Shown here: positions 19,708-31,400 of the stretch, one piece after another
Numbering within the stretch: position 1 is the stretch's first letter
How the letters are laid out: each line of letters begins with the position of its first letter
Assembly (NCBI GenBank): GCA_051599415.1
Contig: AP039698.1
Location: forward strand, 1-64,000
Source: Savitreella phatthalungensis
Taxonomy: Eukaryota
DNA length: 64,000 bases
Direction of reading: 5' to 3'
Program-made: the position numbers and the translations under genes
The notes under the pieces: model-generated
Seen by the model: only the letters and a program-made list of their open reading frames with translations
Database searches by the model: none
Told to the model about the DNA's origin: nothing

Positions 19708-21291
19708 TTATTCTGCAAGGTTCATACCGTAATCGCCAGCTGTCTTCATTGCGCGTAGACACCGTGCCATGTCTTTTGCAACACCGGAAACTTCGGCCAG
19801 TCGCGACAAGACAACGTTGTTCCCCTCAACGAAGCCAAACTCCCTGTAGGGAATGCCGGTCTCTTTGCAGAATTCGCGAACGAGCGGCTGCGCATTCCGA
19901 AGTCGATGTCGTGGCAAACGGGGGAATAGGTGGTGAATCGCCTGGAATTGGAGTCCACCGTGTATGCAATCGAGCCACGGTGGGCAGCGGACGTCCATGG
20001 TGGTTCGCAGCTGGCGCTGTGCAAAGCATTCTGCCGGTCCTAGATCCGCCGTTGACATGGCGAAGTGCGACAGAGTGATCTGAACGTGCAATGGGGATGT
20101 AGTCCAATGGCTGATAAGGACAAAGAGCATCTTCGTGATCATGGGTGCGTCCATGCAATAGACGAGCTTGTAACCGAACCAATACCAAAAAAAGGCAATT
20201 CCGAAAGTCTCATAGAGTCGTAGGAGACGTGCCTGGGTCGTTTTTGGCCCACGATCGAAGATGATGTGGTCAAAGGACAAGCGGTAAAGGTTGAAACGCC
20301 CAAAGAGCATGATAGGATAAAAGGTAAATTGCTGGACCTTGACAAGGAGCTTTGCAGCGGCATCGTACCACAGCGTCTTATCGTAGTAGGTCGAACTGAT
20401 GTCCGTCAGCAGCGTCGGTGTAACTGCGAATATGGGCATGTGCTGAATGTCTGGGTCGTCTCGGGCACTATTCGTTGTGAGATGATGCACGTTGTGATTG
20501 CGCTTCCACCATCCGATGGACAATCCTCCGACACACGAGGCGATCGAGACACCCAGCACAGCATCGAGCGTATGTGAATGCGTAATACCAGTGTGTCCCG
20601 CGTCGTGGCCGAAGAAAGTCACCTGATGCCAGAAAAGGCCGAGGAAAATGGAAGAGGACAAGAACCAGCCAGATCGATACAATAATGCTGAGCACGCCGC
20701 GAGAAACAGCCAGCGCATGGCCTCGCGTCCGTAGTCTGATGCATAGCATCTGTAGAAGCCTTCGCGCTCGAGACGTTCGCCGAGTTGAAGGTATTTCTGC
20801 TGGATAGCTGCCTGAGTCTGCGTGTCGAGCGAGGGATAGATCTCAAGATCTCGCCTGACTTGTGCCTCTTCATGAGCAGCGACGCGGCGGAGACCTCCAG
20901 ATCCATGGTCATCAGGATTGGCAGAGTCCAGCATGACTTCATCACCACCAAATTCGCTACTTGAGCGCGAGCTCAGGTTAATCCCCTCATCAACAAAATC
21001 GGCCTCGCGGAAGAGACCACCTTGAATGGGTGGTGTGAGATTGGACCATGGCAGTTCTGAAGACACAAGTCTGGCGATGGCGAATTTCCGGGCATTCTTG
21101 AGCGTCTCATGCGAATGGTATGCGGTCATCTCCGCGGTCGCGTCTCGACCGACCATGTGCTGTATAGCTTTATCGCCACCTGGATGTCTCGGTAGCCAAT
21201 TGTTGAGCTTGAGGACAAGCCCGTCAAAAATGACCAGAACATCACCAGAAGCTATCCGGCGACGCACCTCAAAGGCTGACAGCTCACGCAT
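19708..21291 (-). CDS. SLD1: Sphingolipid delta-8 desaturase (cytochrome b5 fusion)
   Basis: HPGG in the b5 domain and His boxes HDAGH, HNVHH and QAIHH. First ATG at 21291. Confidence 0.93.
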   Translation of the reverse strand: MRELSAFEVRRRIASGDVLVIFDGLVLKLNNWLPRHPGGDKAIQHMVGRDATAEMTAYHSHETLKNARKFAIARLVSSELPWSNLTPPIQGGLFREADFVDEGINLSSRSSSEFGGDEVMLDSANPDDHGSGGLRRVAAHEEAQVRRDLEIYPSLDTQTQAAIQQKYLQLGERLEREGFYRCYASDYGREAMRWLFLAACSALLYRSGWFLSSSIFLGLFWHQVTFFGHDAGHTGITHSHTLDAVLGVSIASCVGGLSIGWWKRNHNVHHLTTNSARDDPDIQHMPIFAVTPTLLTDISSTYYDKTLWYDAAAKLLVKVQQFTFYPIMLFGRFNLYRLSFDHIIFDRGPKTTQARLLRLYETFGIAFFWYWFGYKLVYCMDAPMITKMLFVLISHWTTSPLHVQITLSHFAMSTADLGPAECFAQRQLRTTMDVRCPPWLDCIHGGLQFQAIHHLFPRLPRHRLRNAQPLVREFCKETGIPYREFGFVEGNNVVLSRLAEVSGVAKDMARCLRAMKTAGDYGMNLAE

Positions 21292-21655
21292 GTCGAAGGC
21301 GCGCGCGTCGAAAGAGCCACTATGTCCCCTGTCTTTTTTTTTCTCCTTGATAAAATGCCAGCTGTGCTTAGGTGAAGATATGCGTGCCAAGAGAAATAGG
21401 CAACGCGTATAGCTACGCTAGTCGTAGATAGGAGTTCCTACATCAGCATGCACAGCTAGCCCGCGAATTTGATCGACTATGGGAAAGCGGCACGTGTGCC
21501 AATGCATATCATATCTATAGAAATAGATTTATAGGGTGCCACGCAACACAGCACGAGGTGGATGTCGCAGGGATGAAGGACTATAAGGAAGGCTCGGTTC
21601 GAATTGCACAGGCGATCAAGCTGCCAGTGCTGCCTGTGCTACCAGCGCTTGACTA

Positions 21656-23320
21656 TCACCGTCCACGACCACGTCCGCGACCGCGTAGTGCTGCCGCTGC
21701 GGCACCCCTTGGCATCTGTGGACCCGCCTGCGGGGCTTGTGATTGCTGATTTTTGATCGTTTCATCGACTGAGAGGATGAGGCAAGCCGCTTCAGCTGCT
21801 GAAGCGATTGCGTTGACCTTCACGCTTGTGGGCTCCCAGACAAATCGCTCGAAATTGTCCGAGACGCTTTCTGTGGAAACGTCAACACCAGCCCAGGTGT
21901 CTCCCTTTGCGTGATGCATACGAAGCTTGTTGAGCACGTCTGTCGAATCGAAACCAGCGTTGTCGCACAACTGCCGTGGAATGACCTCAAGAGCACGAGC
22001 GAAAGCCCCGATTATGAGCTGCTGCTTGCCTGCAAGTGTCAGAGCGTATTCGCGCAGATATTTGCTGAGCTCCATCTCGATGGCGCCGCCTCCTGCGACT
22101 ACAGACGTGTTTTTGATGGCGCGTTTCACGATCATGATTGCGTCGTGCAACGAGCGTTCGACCTCTGCGATGAACTGCTCCGCGCCGCCGCGTAGGACTA
22201 ACGTACAAGTTTTCGCTGAAGGGCAGCCTTGCAACAGGTTGTAACGCTCCCCACCGATTTGTTGTTCATCGAATGTAGCGCAAGTACCGAGGTGTTCAGG
22301 CCGGATGTCGCTGCATGTGGATTGCACGGCTGCCCCGGTGGCTTGGCATACACGCATAAGATCCTCGCTCGAAACCCGGCCAGCACAGAAGATATCGCGG
22401 TCTGCGAAGTACTGTGTGGCCAAGTCGCCGATGGGAAGCTTGGACAGAACAATCTTTGCTCCGCTCTGGACCAGTAGATCGAGCTTGTCAATGATGATCT
22501 GCCACTCGGCATCCACAATCGCATCGTAGTCCGCTACCTTTTCCACTCGTACCTCTGCATTGTCCTTCTCGGCCTTGAGCTCAAGCTCGACGTTAAGACA
22601 GGCGATTTTAGGATCTCTAAAGGACTTTGGCTGTTGTCCGAAGCCAGCATATGAAAACGTCTTCGCAAAAGCGACTCCGTCCACGAATAATGAGTCCTGC
22701 ATGCCTCCGCCTGCAACCTTCTTGATGCCGATGAGCTTCTCGTCGAGATCCTCTTGATCGAGCGTCAGAACAGCGTCTACCACCATCTTCGTGAAGAAGT
22801 CTGCGTTCGCGTGCACGAGCTTCGAAGACATGGCCGTTGCGGCGCACTTTACGAGCAGCTGGCGAAATTTTTCGGCATCGCCACGGTCTACGGAAACGCC
22901 TAGCTCCTTGACGCGCTTGACAGCCAGCTCAGCCGCTCTGCGGTACCCTTTCATGATGACTTGTGGTGAGACACCATCCTCGACGAAAGAACGGCACTCT
23001 TTTAGCATCTCCCCTGCCAGGACCACGACTGACGTAGTGCCGTCGCCGACTTCTGCGTCCTGAGCGCGGGCAATATCTACAAGTGTCTTTGCCGCAGGAT
23101 GGACAATGTCGAGGAGCTTCATAATTGTCGCGCCATCATTTGAAATCGTGACATTGCCCTGGGCGTCGACCATGAGCTTATCAGCGCCGAGCGGCCCAAG
23201 GGTAGTGCGAACCGTATCCTGGACGGCTACACATGCGGCGATATTGCTGAGAAGCTGACCGCGTCCCTGTGAGTTATCCGTGCCCTCTTTCAGGACGATG
23301 ACAGGAATCTGCTGGTTCAT
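21656..23320 (-). CDS. CCT7: Chaperonin CCT/TRiC subunit eta
   Basis: [34 protein letters not shown], and GRGRGR tail. Confidence 0.97.
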   Translation of the reverse strand: MNQQIPVIVLKEGTDNSQGRGQLLSNIAACVAVQDTVRTTLGPLGADKLMVDAQGNVTISNDGATIMKLLDIVHPAAKTLVDIARAQDAEVGDGTTSVVVLAGEMLKECRSFVEDGVSPQVIMKGYRRAAELAVKRVKELGVSVDRGDAEKFRQLLVKCAATAMSSKLVHANADFFTKMVVDAVLTLDQEDLDEKLIGIKKVAGGGMQDSLFVDGVAFAKTFSYAGFGQQPKSFRDPKIACLNVELELKAEKDNAEVRVEKVADYDAIVDAEWQIIIDKLDLLVQSGAKIVLSKLPIGDLATQYFADRDIFCAGRVSSEDLMRVCQATGAAVQSTCSDIRPEHLGTCATFDEQQIGGERYNLLQGCPSAKTCTLVLRGGAEQFIAEVERSLHDAIMIVKRAIKNTSVVAGGGAIEMELSKYLREYALTLAGKQQLIIGAFARALEVIPRQLCDNAGFDSTDVLNKLRMHHAKGDTWAGVDVSTESVSDNFERFVWEPTSVKVNAIASAAEAACLILSVDETIKNQQSQAPQAGPQMPRGAAAAALRGRGRGRGR

Positions 23321-23435
23321 GGCCGATGAAAGTCGTCGTGTCGACCAGAAGGTTTATCGTGTCCTAAAAATTCTAAGCTGTATTACAACCAGAAAAGTGG
23401 TGCTGAAGCGCAAGCGGAAGCTTTTCGATGCGCAC

Positions 23436-23960
23436 ATGAAGATTCGCCTTCGATCATGGCATGCCGTGGGAGTCTGGCAATGGAATGTGGCTCAGGATGA
23501 CGTTTGCGGCATTTGTCGCGTCGATTTCGATGGCACCTGTCCGGACTGCAAACGACCCGGGGATGATTGCCCTTTGATATGGGGGAAGTGCTCGCATGTT
23601 TTCCACATGCATTGTCTCCTCAAGTGGCTCGAAACGGACGGCTCAGGTGGCCAGTGTCCGATGGATCGCAGGCCTTTCGAGATACAAACTCGCGTACGGC
23701 CCGAGCCAACCTCCATTGATGACATTCTCGAGGGTCGAGTACGCACTACCCCACAAGACGATGCGGTGGCTGGCATGGCGGATACAGCTCTGGAGATCTC
23801 GCACGAAGGTCCTGTGGAGGAGCACTTCTTGCCAGATGCTGCTGACAATGACTTGACCACGTCCACGCCCGTCAACATCGATCGGCGAGAAGGTCAAGCA
23901 GCCACGCCAGTGACCCCAACGCAAGAAGCATCACCGTGGCAGACACCAGCGAGCCTTTGA
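23436..23960 (+). CDS. APC11: APC/C RING-H2 subunit 11
   Basis: W.AV..W.W...DDVCGICR..FDGTCP.CK.PGDDCPL.WGKC.H.FHMHC..KWL...CPMDR. Confidence 0.96.
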   Translation: MKIRLRSWHAVGVWQWNVAQDDVCGICRVDFDGTCPDCKRPGDDCPLIWGKCSHVFHMHCLLKWLETDGSGGQCPMDRRPFEIQTRVRPEPTSIDDILEGRVRTTPQDDAVAGMADTALEISHEGPVEEHFLPDAADNDLTTSTPVNIDRREGQAATPVTPTQEASPWQTPASL

Positions 23961-23983
23961 GTTATTCTCTTCTATAAAAACTT

Positions 23984-26248
23984 TCACGAACCGCCACCCT
24001 CACGAGATTCTTGCAAAAGTCTGCTCCTTCTTCCTACTCCTTCCTTAAGCGCGGCGACATATGTCAGAAAGCGATCTCGTTGTCGAAGCAGATGCGAACG
24101 GCGGCGCTCAAAATTGCGCGTGGCCGTCTGGTATGCATTTCGTTGTGCCGATGTCAGCTTGAGAAGTGACGTTGGTCCTATTTTGTCGCTTGCTCCATGG
24201 TCAGCAAGGCCAGAAAAGCATGTCGGAAGTCGTCGTCGAGCGTCATCAAGGCCATTCAGCTCGTCCTGCAACTTGACGAGGTAACGGCTGACACGATCGA
24301 GCTGTTCTGTCAAACTCGATGAGACACGCTGATCGACAAATTCGGAGTACAGGGCGCTAGTGTCCTGCGAAATCCATTCGTGTACACGGCAGTCGTCACC
24401 TAAGAAGACGCCGTTCGGGGCGTCGCGCATCCGGCTGCAGAGGCCCCAACCATACTCTGTGCTGGATACTGCTCCGAGCAGCGGTTCCGGCGAAGCCCTT
24501 GCCGCCCAAAAGTTGACGGTACTCAGCCACTCGCGGGCAAGATCAGGCGTTCCTGCGAGAAACTCTGATGCAAGGCCGTCAGCAAGTTCAAGCTGCCAGG
24601 CAGAGCTGTGGGCTACATCTTTGGAGCTTGACACAGACCTTGCTATGGCGAAAGGTAGCGGCAACTCTGCCATGGGCTGGACTGCTTCATACCAATCACC
24701 GCCTCCGATTGGTGCTGCTGATGAGCCGCCGTTCATGGATTGACGCCTGTGCGATTTCGTCAAGTTATACAGACGCAGTGTCTTACCGCTGCACACGCCG
24801 AAGGCCTGTGTGCTGCTGACCTTTGTACCACGGCGTCGTGTCTCACCGGGGACCCGCACTACTTTGATCGTAAGCATTCCTTCTTTCGCAAAGGGTGGTC
24901 CAGAGAGCGCAAGTCTGTCATCGGCGTCCTCCTCCTCGATAATCGCATGACTTAGAGAGCCGGCAAAGCCTGTCGCGGCAGTTTGCGAATGCCGAGTACC
25001 CATTGCTGCGCTGCAGGGAGAAGGTAGGGACAGCATCATCGCGGCTGGCCGAGCAGAGCCTGTCTGCGACCAGAGGCTGCTCCGTGAGCTCGAATGTTGA
25101 AGTCTATGCGGCGATTCGAGAGAGGTACTCCCTGAGCCCGTCTCGCTTGATTCTCTTCTCCCGATAGCGTCAGGCATCGGTTGTCGTATGCGCTCGCGCC
25201 GGATGCTAGAGTAGAATTCCTGCAGAAGCCCTCCCAGCGTTGCTTCATCTCTGCCTAGGTCTGCGGACGAGTGTGTCACTCTCGAAGATGCGAAATTGCG
25301 CCCGCGCTCGATGTTCAGTGTCGACAGTGGTCGGGCGGCCTGCGCTTCGCCGTGTAATCTCCCAATGTCCGGTCGAGCGTCCATTGAGATGTCGCCAGCA
25401 CTTCTAGCCACGATGCGCAAGCCCTGCAACGACGGTGAGGCTGCCGGGGCGGGCACGACGTTTGCGTCGAGCGCTGCCAAGGCAGCGAAGACGTTCTGCA
25501 GGAACTGCGCACGCTTCATCTGTCGTTCAATGTCGAGATTAGCGATGTGGACGTCTGTATTGAGCGTGATCAACGCGAATGTAAGGATGTAGACCTCGTC
25601 CGGACGCAGCCCAGTGTCGGGATTGCATGCGTGCCAGCGCCGTGCGAAAGCTTCGAGCACGCGATCAATAACTTGTGTTTCCCCCTTAATATACAACTTT
25701 GAGCAGAGCTGTCGCAGTGCTGTCAAAATGTCGACACCTCTAAAATCAAAGAGATTGAAGAACTGCATGCGGAGGCTAGCACCCGCATCTGTGTCAGCAC
25801 CGAGCGCAGATACGTATTCCTGTGGTTCGAGCGCAGGATCGATCAGATTGTACATCAGGACATGACGTTCGACAGCCCTGGCGGGTTCGAGCTGCATGGA
25901 TGTCTTGGAGTCACCCCTAACATCCTTTACCGGAGAAGAGCGCTGGGCCATATCAGACCGAACGGTCGTCGAGGCCTTCTCGGTAGCTTCGTCGGATTTC
26001 GGAGTGCTGCGACCTGATGCAGACCGCAGGAAGCGTGAGAAGAAGCTCGGGCGGCGCGACGACGCACTGGCACGAACGCCATTCTCGATCATGCTTTTCG
26101 CTGGCTCCGTTTGTACTGCGGTTGTCCGAGAAGCCGGCGGAGCTGTCGAGTGGTCGAGGCTTTCTATCAGCGAATCGACCTGTGTCGCGCTCAAACCTTG
26201 TTCAGGCAGGCGCAAACCATATGAGCGCCGCTTGTCATTCTGCTCCAT
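23984..26248 (-). CDS. Sec7 plus PH domain Arf guanine-nucleotide exchange factor (Yel1/EFA6-like)
   Basis: Glutamate finger KGETQVIDR, LNTDVH, PF.KEG, GGGDW, and W....NFWAAR.S.EPL.G.VSS.EYGW. Confidence 0.92.
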   Translation of the reverse strand: MEQNDKRRSYGLRLPEQGLSATQVDSLIESLDHSTAPPASRTTAVQTEPAKSMIENGVRASASSRRPSFFSRFLRSASGRSTPKSDEATEKASTTVRSDMAQRSSPVKDVRGDSKTSMQLEPARAVERHVLMYNLIDPALEPQEYVSALGADTDAGASLRMQFFNLFDFRGVDILTALRQLCSKLYIKGETQVIDRVLEAFARRWHACNPDTGLRPDEVYILTFALITLNTDVHIANLDIERQMKRAQFLQNVFAALAALDANVVPAPAASPSLQGLRIVARSAGDISMDARPDIGRLHGEAQAARPLSTLNIERGRNFASSRVTHSSADLGRDEATLGGLLQEFYSSIRRERIRQPMPDAIGRRESSETGSGSTSLESPHRLQHSSSRSSLWSQTGSARPAAMMLSLPSPCSAAMGTRHSQTAATGFAGSLSHAIIEEEDADDRLALSGPPFAKEGMLTIKVVRVPGETRRRGTKVSSTQAFGVCSGKTLRLYNLTKSHRRQSMNGGSSAAPIGGGDWYEAVQPMAELPLPFAIARSVSSSKDVAHSSAWQLELADGLASEFLAGTPDLAREWLSTVNFWAARASPEPLLGAVSSTEYGWGLCSRMRDAPNGVFLGDDCRVHEWISQDTSALYSEFVDQRVSSSLTEQLDRVSRYLVKLQDELNGLDDARRRLPTCFSGLADHGASDKIGPTSLLKLTSAQRNAYQTATRNFERRRSHLLRQRDRFLTYVAALKEGVGRRSRLLQESREGGGS

Positions 26249-26604
26249 GTTGACTAGAGGCCGCAAAAGGCTGATTCGTCCCGAGCGATGATGTTAGCGG
26301 CACTCTGGCCATGCAGTGAACGTCGCAGTCCTCATCGACCGCCGCGGTCACGGTCTTGGGATTCTAGATCGCATTCGCGACGCGTTTCATCTCTGAGCAA
26401 GCCATGAGTCGCGTGCACAGGCAGGCTGATTGCATATTGTGCACGACTCCGCGAATGACGCCTGTTCATGAATATAAGACCCCATTCAAGCTGAAGCGGA
26501 AGCAGATTCACGCACTTATGATATGAATAAATTTTGATTCGTCAAGTATGTATTTACAGGCATATGATTACATGGTGAAACGGGATCGAGAACATTCGCT
26601 GTTT

Positions 26605-27060
<456 letters not shown>

Positions 27061-27087
27061 TTACATCTGTGGCTTGTTTTGTTTATA

Positions 27088-27240
27088 TGATGCACAGATG
27101 CTCATGGATTTGATACAAATTGAAAAAAAAAAAATGATGCAAATTTGATGCACTTTTGATGCTCTTCGCGGGATCTCTTGTGCACTGTTTGATGCGGTGC
27201 ATTGAGGCAGTTCTGAATGCAAGGATGCAGCGATGCAAAT
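27088..27240. promoter_or_regulatory. Cluster of eight GATGC motifs upstream of histone H4
   Basis: GATGC occurs 8 times in about 150 bp, several as TTTGATGC, around a poly-A tract. Confidence 0.45.
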
Positions 27241-28432
27241 ACAATCTGGTGGGCTCATTTGCAACGCACATTTGAGCTCCACCCGACCCTGTTTTTCCCC
27301 GCGACGTTCTCGTTGCGAATCGCGTTGCCCGATCATACGTGCGCTCAAACTCCGGGGGAGGGGCCTCTTCTGACCCAAGGTCGCCATGATTCGACAATGG
27401 TCAGGCGCTGACTGGAGCCATCTGCGGCCTCGCGTGATATGACTCAACTCTTGTGTCGTCCTTGTTGTGTAATCAAAGGCGGCGTTAATTGCCTTCTATG
27501 TGCTCACTGCTTGGCCTCGGTGATCGTCTGCGCTATCGCTTCGTTACGTCTTTGCTGGTGAACTAACCCGATGCTGCAGGTGGGACGCCAAAGAGATAGT
27601 TTGGCATATTTGTCAAGTGAGCTCGGCCGAAGCGTCGAGGCATAGGCACATGGAATGTTTCATATCATCTGTCACCACTTTCCTCGTTCTGAAGCTACCA
27701 GTGCACTGGTCATGGCGTGACACTCGCAGCACAGTGTATGAAACTCGTAAAAGCCATGTCCAAAGCGTCCCGCAAATTCGTTATCTTTAAGGACCACCCG
27801 TACTATTGAGAATCACGTGTACCGAATCAGCGATACGAGGCACTAATCATGCGCGCGCACGGGGAGCTTAAAACCTCACTCAAGAACGATCTGAAGCTAA
27901 AAGGCCTAAGGGTCGTCTTTTCGAAGTAACGGGACCTCTCGCTATTGAAGTCAAGCCAAGATGACTCGTATTCAGAATTATTCGCAGCACTAGTACTGCC
28001 TCGCGTGTTCTTCAGTTGCAGAAGACGAAGAGCGGATCAATTGGCGCGTTTCCTGAAAGACAAAGATCAGCATATATATACGGATGCACACACATGTATA
28101 TAATATAGTATATGCGCGAAATAGTTGAAACAATCACATCAGACCGAACAACCTCACTCAGATTGGATTGACGTATATTTGCAGGACTCGCATATAAATT
28201 ATATGTACTGAATTATAATAGTATCACTTTCTATATTTTCCAATTACTCGATCATTCAGATATCTCATATTACTTCTGTACCTATGAAGGACGAATCTTT
28301 CGTCCTTGTGGTCTAGCAGTTGATCGTTGTGGCCGGACCCAAAGAGATATCCGCCCAGATACGCCCTCACCGGCGCTTTTAAAAACTGCACGATAATCAA
28401 AATTTCAGGTAGCCACGATGTCGCGAACTCGG

Positions 28433-28438
28433 ACGCGT
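28433..28438. promoter_or_regulatory. MCB element (ACGCGT) upstream of POL2
   Basis: ACGCGT lies about 65 bp before the ATG of a replication gene, with CGCGAA nearby. Confidence 0.5.
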
Positions 28439-28499
28439 CTATGAAATGCAATGAACGAGCGCGACAATAACCGTCCTCGCCTTAGAAGTATGCGCTGAG

Positions 28500-31400
28500 A
28501 TGGGTCGCAGCGCCGTATTTGGCATTCCATCGGCCGCTCGAGGTGGCCACAGCGCTCGTAGTCGAGGCCGTTTCGTCAAGCGACCCAACAATGGCGCTGG
28601 GAGCATTGGAACGACCGCGTCTGAGAACACAACCGCATCCAGCTCGGAGGAGAAGTTCGCGGCTATACAGCTCTCCAATACGATTGACGAGAAGTTCGGC
28701 TTTGCAAAGTTCGAGAGCGGACCGAGACGGCAGGGATGGCTCATCAATATGCACTCAACGCTCCTACAAGATCCAGCTTTCCCCAATGGCCGGTCTGCTG
28801 TCGATTTCTACTTCCTCGAAGACGGCGGAACAGGTTTCAAAGCCACGATTCCCTATGAACCTTACATGCTGGTCGCCGTGAAAGTCGGCCACGAGGCAGA
28901 GTGTGAAGAATTTCTGCGTCGCAAATTCGAAGGTGTGCTGCGGAGCATCTCTCGCATTACTAAGGAGGATCTTCGAATGCCGAACCATTTGACCGGTTAC
29001 CGTCGAACATTCCTCCAGCTGGCATTTGGGAGCGGCAACGATCTATACGAGGCCAAGCGGTACCTAATGCCTGTCGTGGAAAAGAACAAACGCAACGTGA
29101 CTGCCATGGACACGTACAATGAAGTCGTCGCCGCGGCGACAAAGATGCCGGACGAAGACGACATAGCAGGTGAGAGTAAGGCTAATCCACTAGACGCCTT
29201 CATGGACGTGCGGGAGCACGACGTGCCATATCACGTCCGTGTTGCAATAGACCTCGATATTCGCATCGGCAAGTGGTACGACGTGGCAGCTAAGCACGGT
29301 CAGGTCAGTATGTCTGTAGTCGAAGATCGCCTGACGCGTGCCGATCCCGTCATCATGGCCTTTGACATCGAGACTACAAAATCGCCGCTCAAGTTTCCAG
29401 ATGCCGCAATCGACCAGATTATGATGATATCCTACATGATCGACGGTCAAGGATTTCTGATCACAAACCGAGAGGTAGTCTCACGCGACATCGATGACTT
29501 TGAGTATACGCCCAAACCAGAGTTCCAGGGTCCCTTCGTGATTTTCAACGAGGCCGATGAGGTCGCTGTCCTGAGGAGGTTCTACGACCACATCATCGAA
29601 GCCAGGCCGACCGTCATGGTCACATATAACGGCGACTTTTTCGACTGGCCGTTTGTTGAGACGCGCTCGCGCATTCTTGGCATCGACATGTACGAAGAGA
29701 TCGGGTTTCGTAAGAATGCAGAGGACGTATACGAGAGCAAACACTGCGTCCACATGGATGCGTTTGCCTGGGTCAAGCGCGACTCGTATTTGCCGCAGGG
29801 TTCACAAGGCCTCAAAGCGGTCACAACAGCGAAACTGGGGTATGATCCGATCGAGCTAGACCCGGAGCTGATGACGCTGTACGCCGCTGAGAAACCGCAG
29901 ATTCTGTCGCAATACTCAGTCTCGGATGCCGTCGCCACATACTATCTCTACATGAAGTACTGTCATCCATTCATTTTCTCCCTCTGCAACATCATTCCAC
30001 TCAATCCGGATGACGTATTGAGGAAAGGTACAGGAACCCTGTGTGAGATGTTGCTTATGGTAAAAGCGTACCAGGATGGCATTGTCCTCCCAAACAAACA
30101 CGTCGACGAGCCGGAGCGCTTCTTTGAGGGCCACCTGCTTGACAGCGAAACCTACGTTGGTGGACATGTCGAGTCACTTGAGGCAGGCGTGTTCCGAAGT
30201 GATATCCCGGAAAAGTTCAATCTTGACGCCCGCGCCGTCCAACAGCTACTCGACGACCTGGACCACGCACTGCGCTTCTCAATCGAAGTCGAGGGTGGCC
30301 GAAAGCTCGAGGAGGTACTGAACTATGACGAGATCAGAGCCCAAATCGCCGCTCAACTCGTAGATCTGCGCGACCGGCCCACTCGGGCAGATTGTCCGAA
30401 GATCTATCACCTGGATGTTGCGTCAATGTATCCAAACATCATGATCACCAATCGATTGCAACCGGATTCGATGATGGACGAATCTACATGCGCGACATGC
30501 GATTACAATAGGCCAGGCAAAACGTGCGACCGCAAAATGACTTGGTCCTGGCGAGGCGAGTTCTTCCCGACGAAGATGGATGAGTACAACATGATCAAGC
30601 GGACACTCATGGCTGACTCGTTCCCGCCGAGGTTTCCAGGAGGCCGGCAGCGCAGCTTCGAGGAGCTGACGCCGTCGGACCAGATGGCGCAGATCACAAA
30701 AAGACTTGGGGACTACTCGCGCAAGGTCTATCATAAGCTGAAGGATACTCGCACGATCGAGCGGGAGACTATTGTGTGTCAACGTGAGAATCCCTTCTAC
30801 GTAAACACTGTGAAGAGCTTCCGCGACCGACGATATGACTACAAAACTCAGCAAAAGGTGTGGAAGAAGAATGTCGAGCGTTTTGCGGCAGACGGAAAGC
30901 CTACAGAGGAAGCTAAGAAGATGGTTGTGCTATATGACTCACTGCAGCTTGCCCACAAGGTCATCTTGAACTCCTTCTACGGCTATGTGATGCGAAAAGG
31001 CTCAAGGTGGTACTCGATGGAAATGGCAGGAGTTACGTGTCTAACTGGCGCGACCATCATTCAAATGGCACGTCAACTTGTTGAAAAGCTCGGGCGTCCA
31101 CTCGAGCTGGACACCGACGGTATCTGGTGCATCTTGCCTGACGCCTTCCCCGAAAACTTTACATTCAAGACGACCAAGGGCCCCCTTTTCATCTCATATC
31201 CGTGTGTCATGCTGAACCACCTGGTGCACGCGCAATTCACGAACCACGCATACGAGGAGCTGGACGGCAACAGATATAAGCGCACGTCCGAGAACAGCAT
31301 CTTCTTTGAGGTTGACGGGCCCTACAAAGCCATGATCCTGCCAACTTCTAAGGAAGAGAATAAGAATTTAAAGAAGCGTTATGCCGTCTTCAATCACGAC

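Noticed and set aside
27756..28103. ATG-led frame with two internal stops (possible pseudogene)
   Set aside because: No recognisable homology, and the stop density is not clearly below chance.
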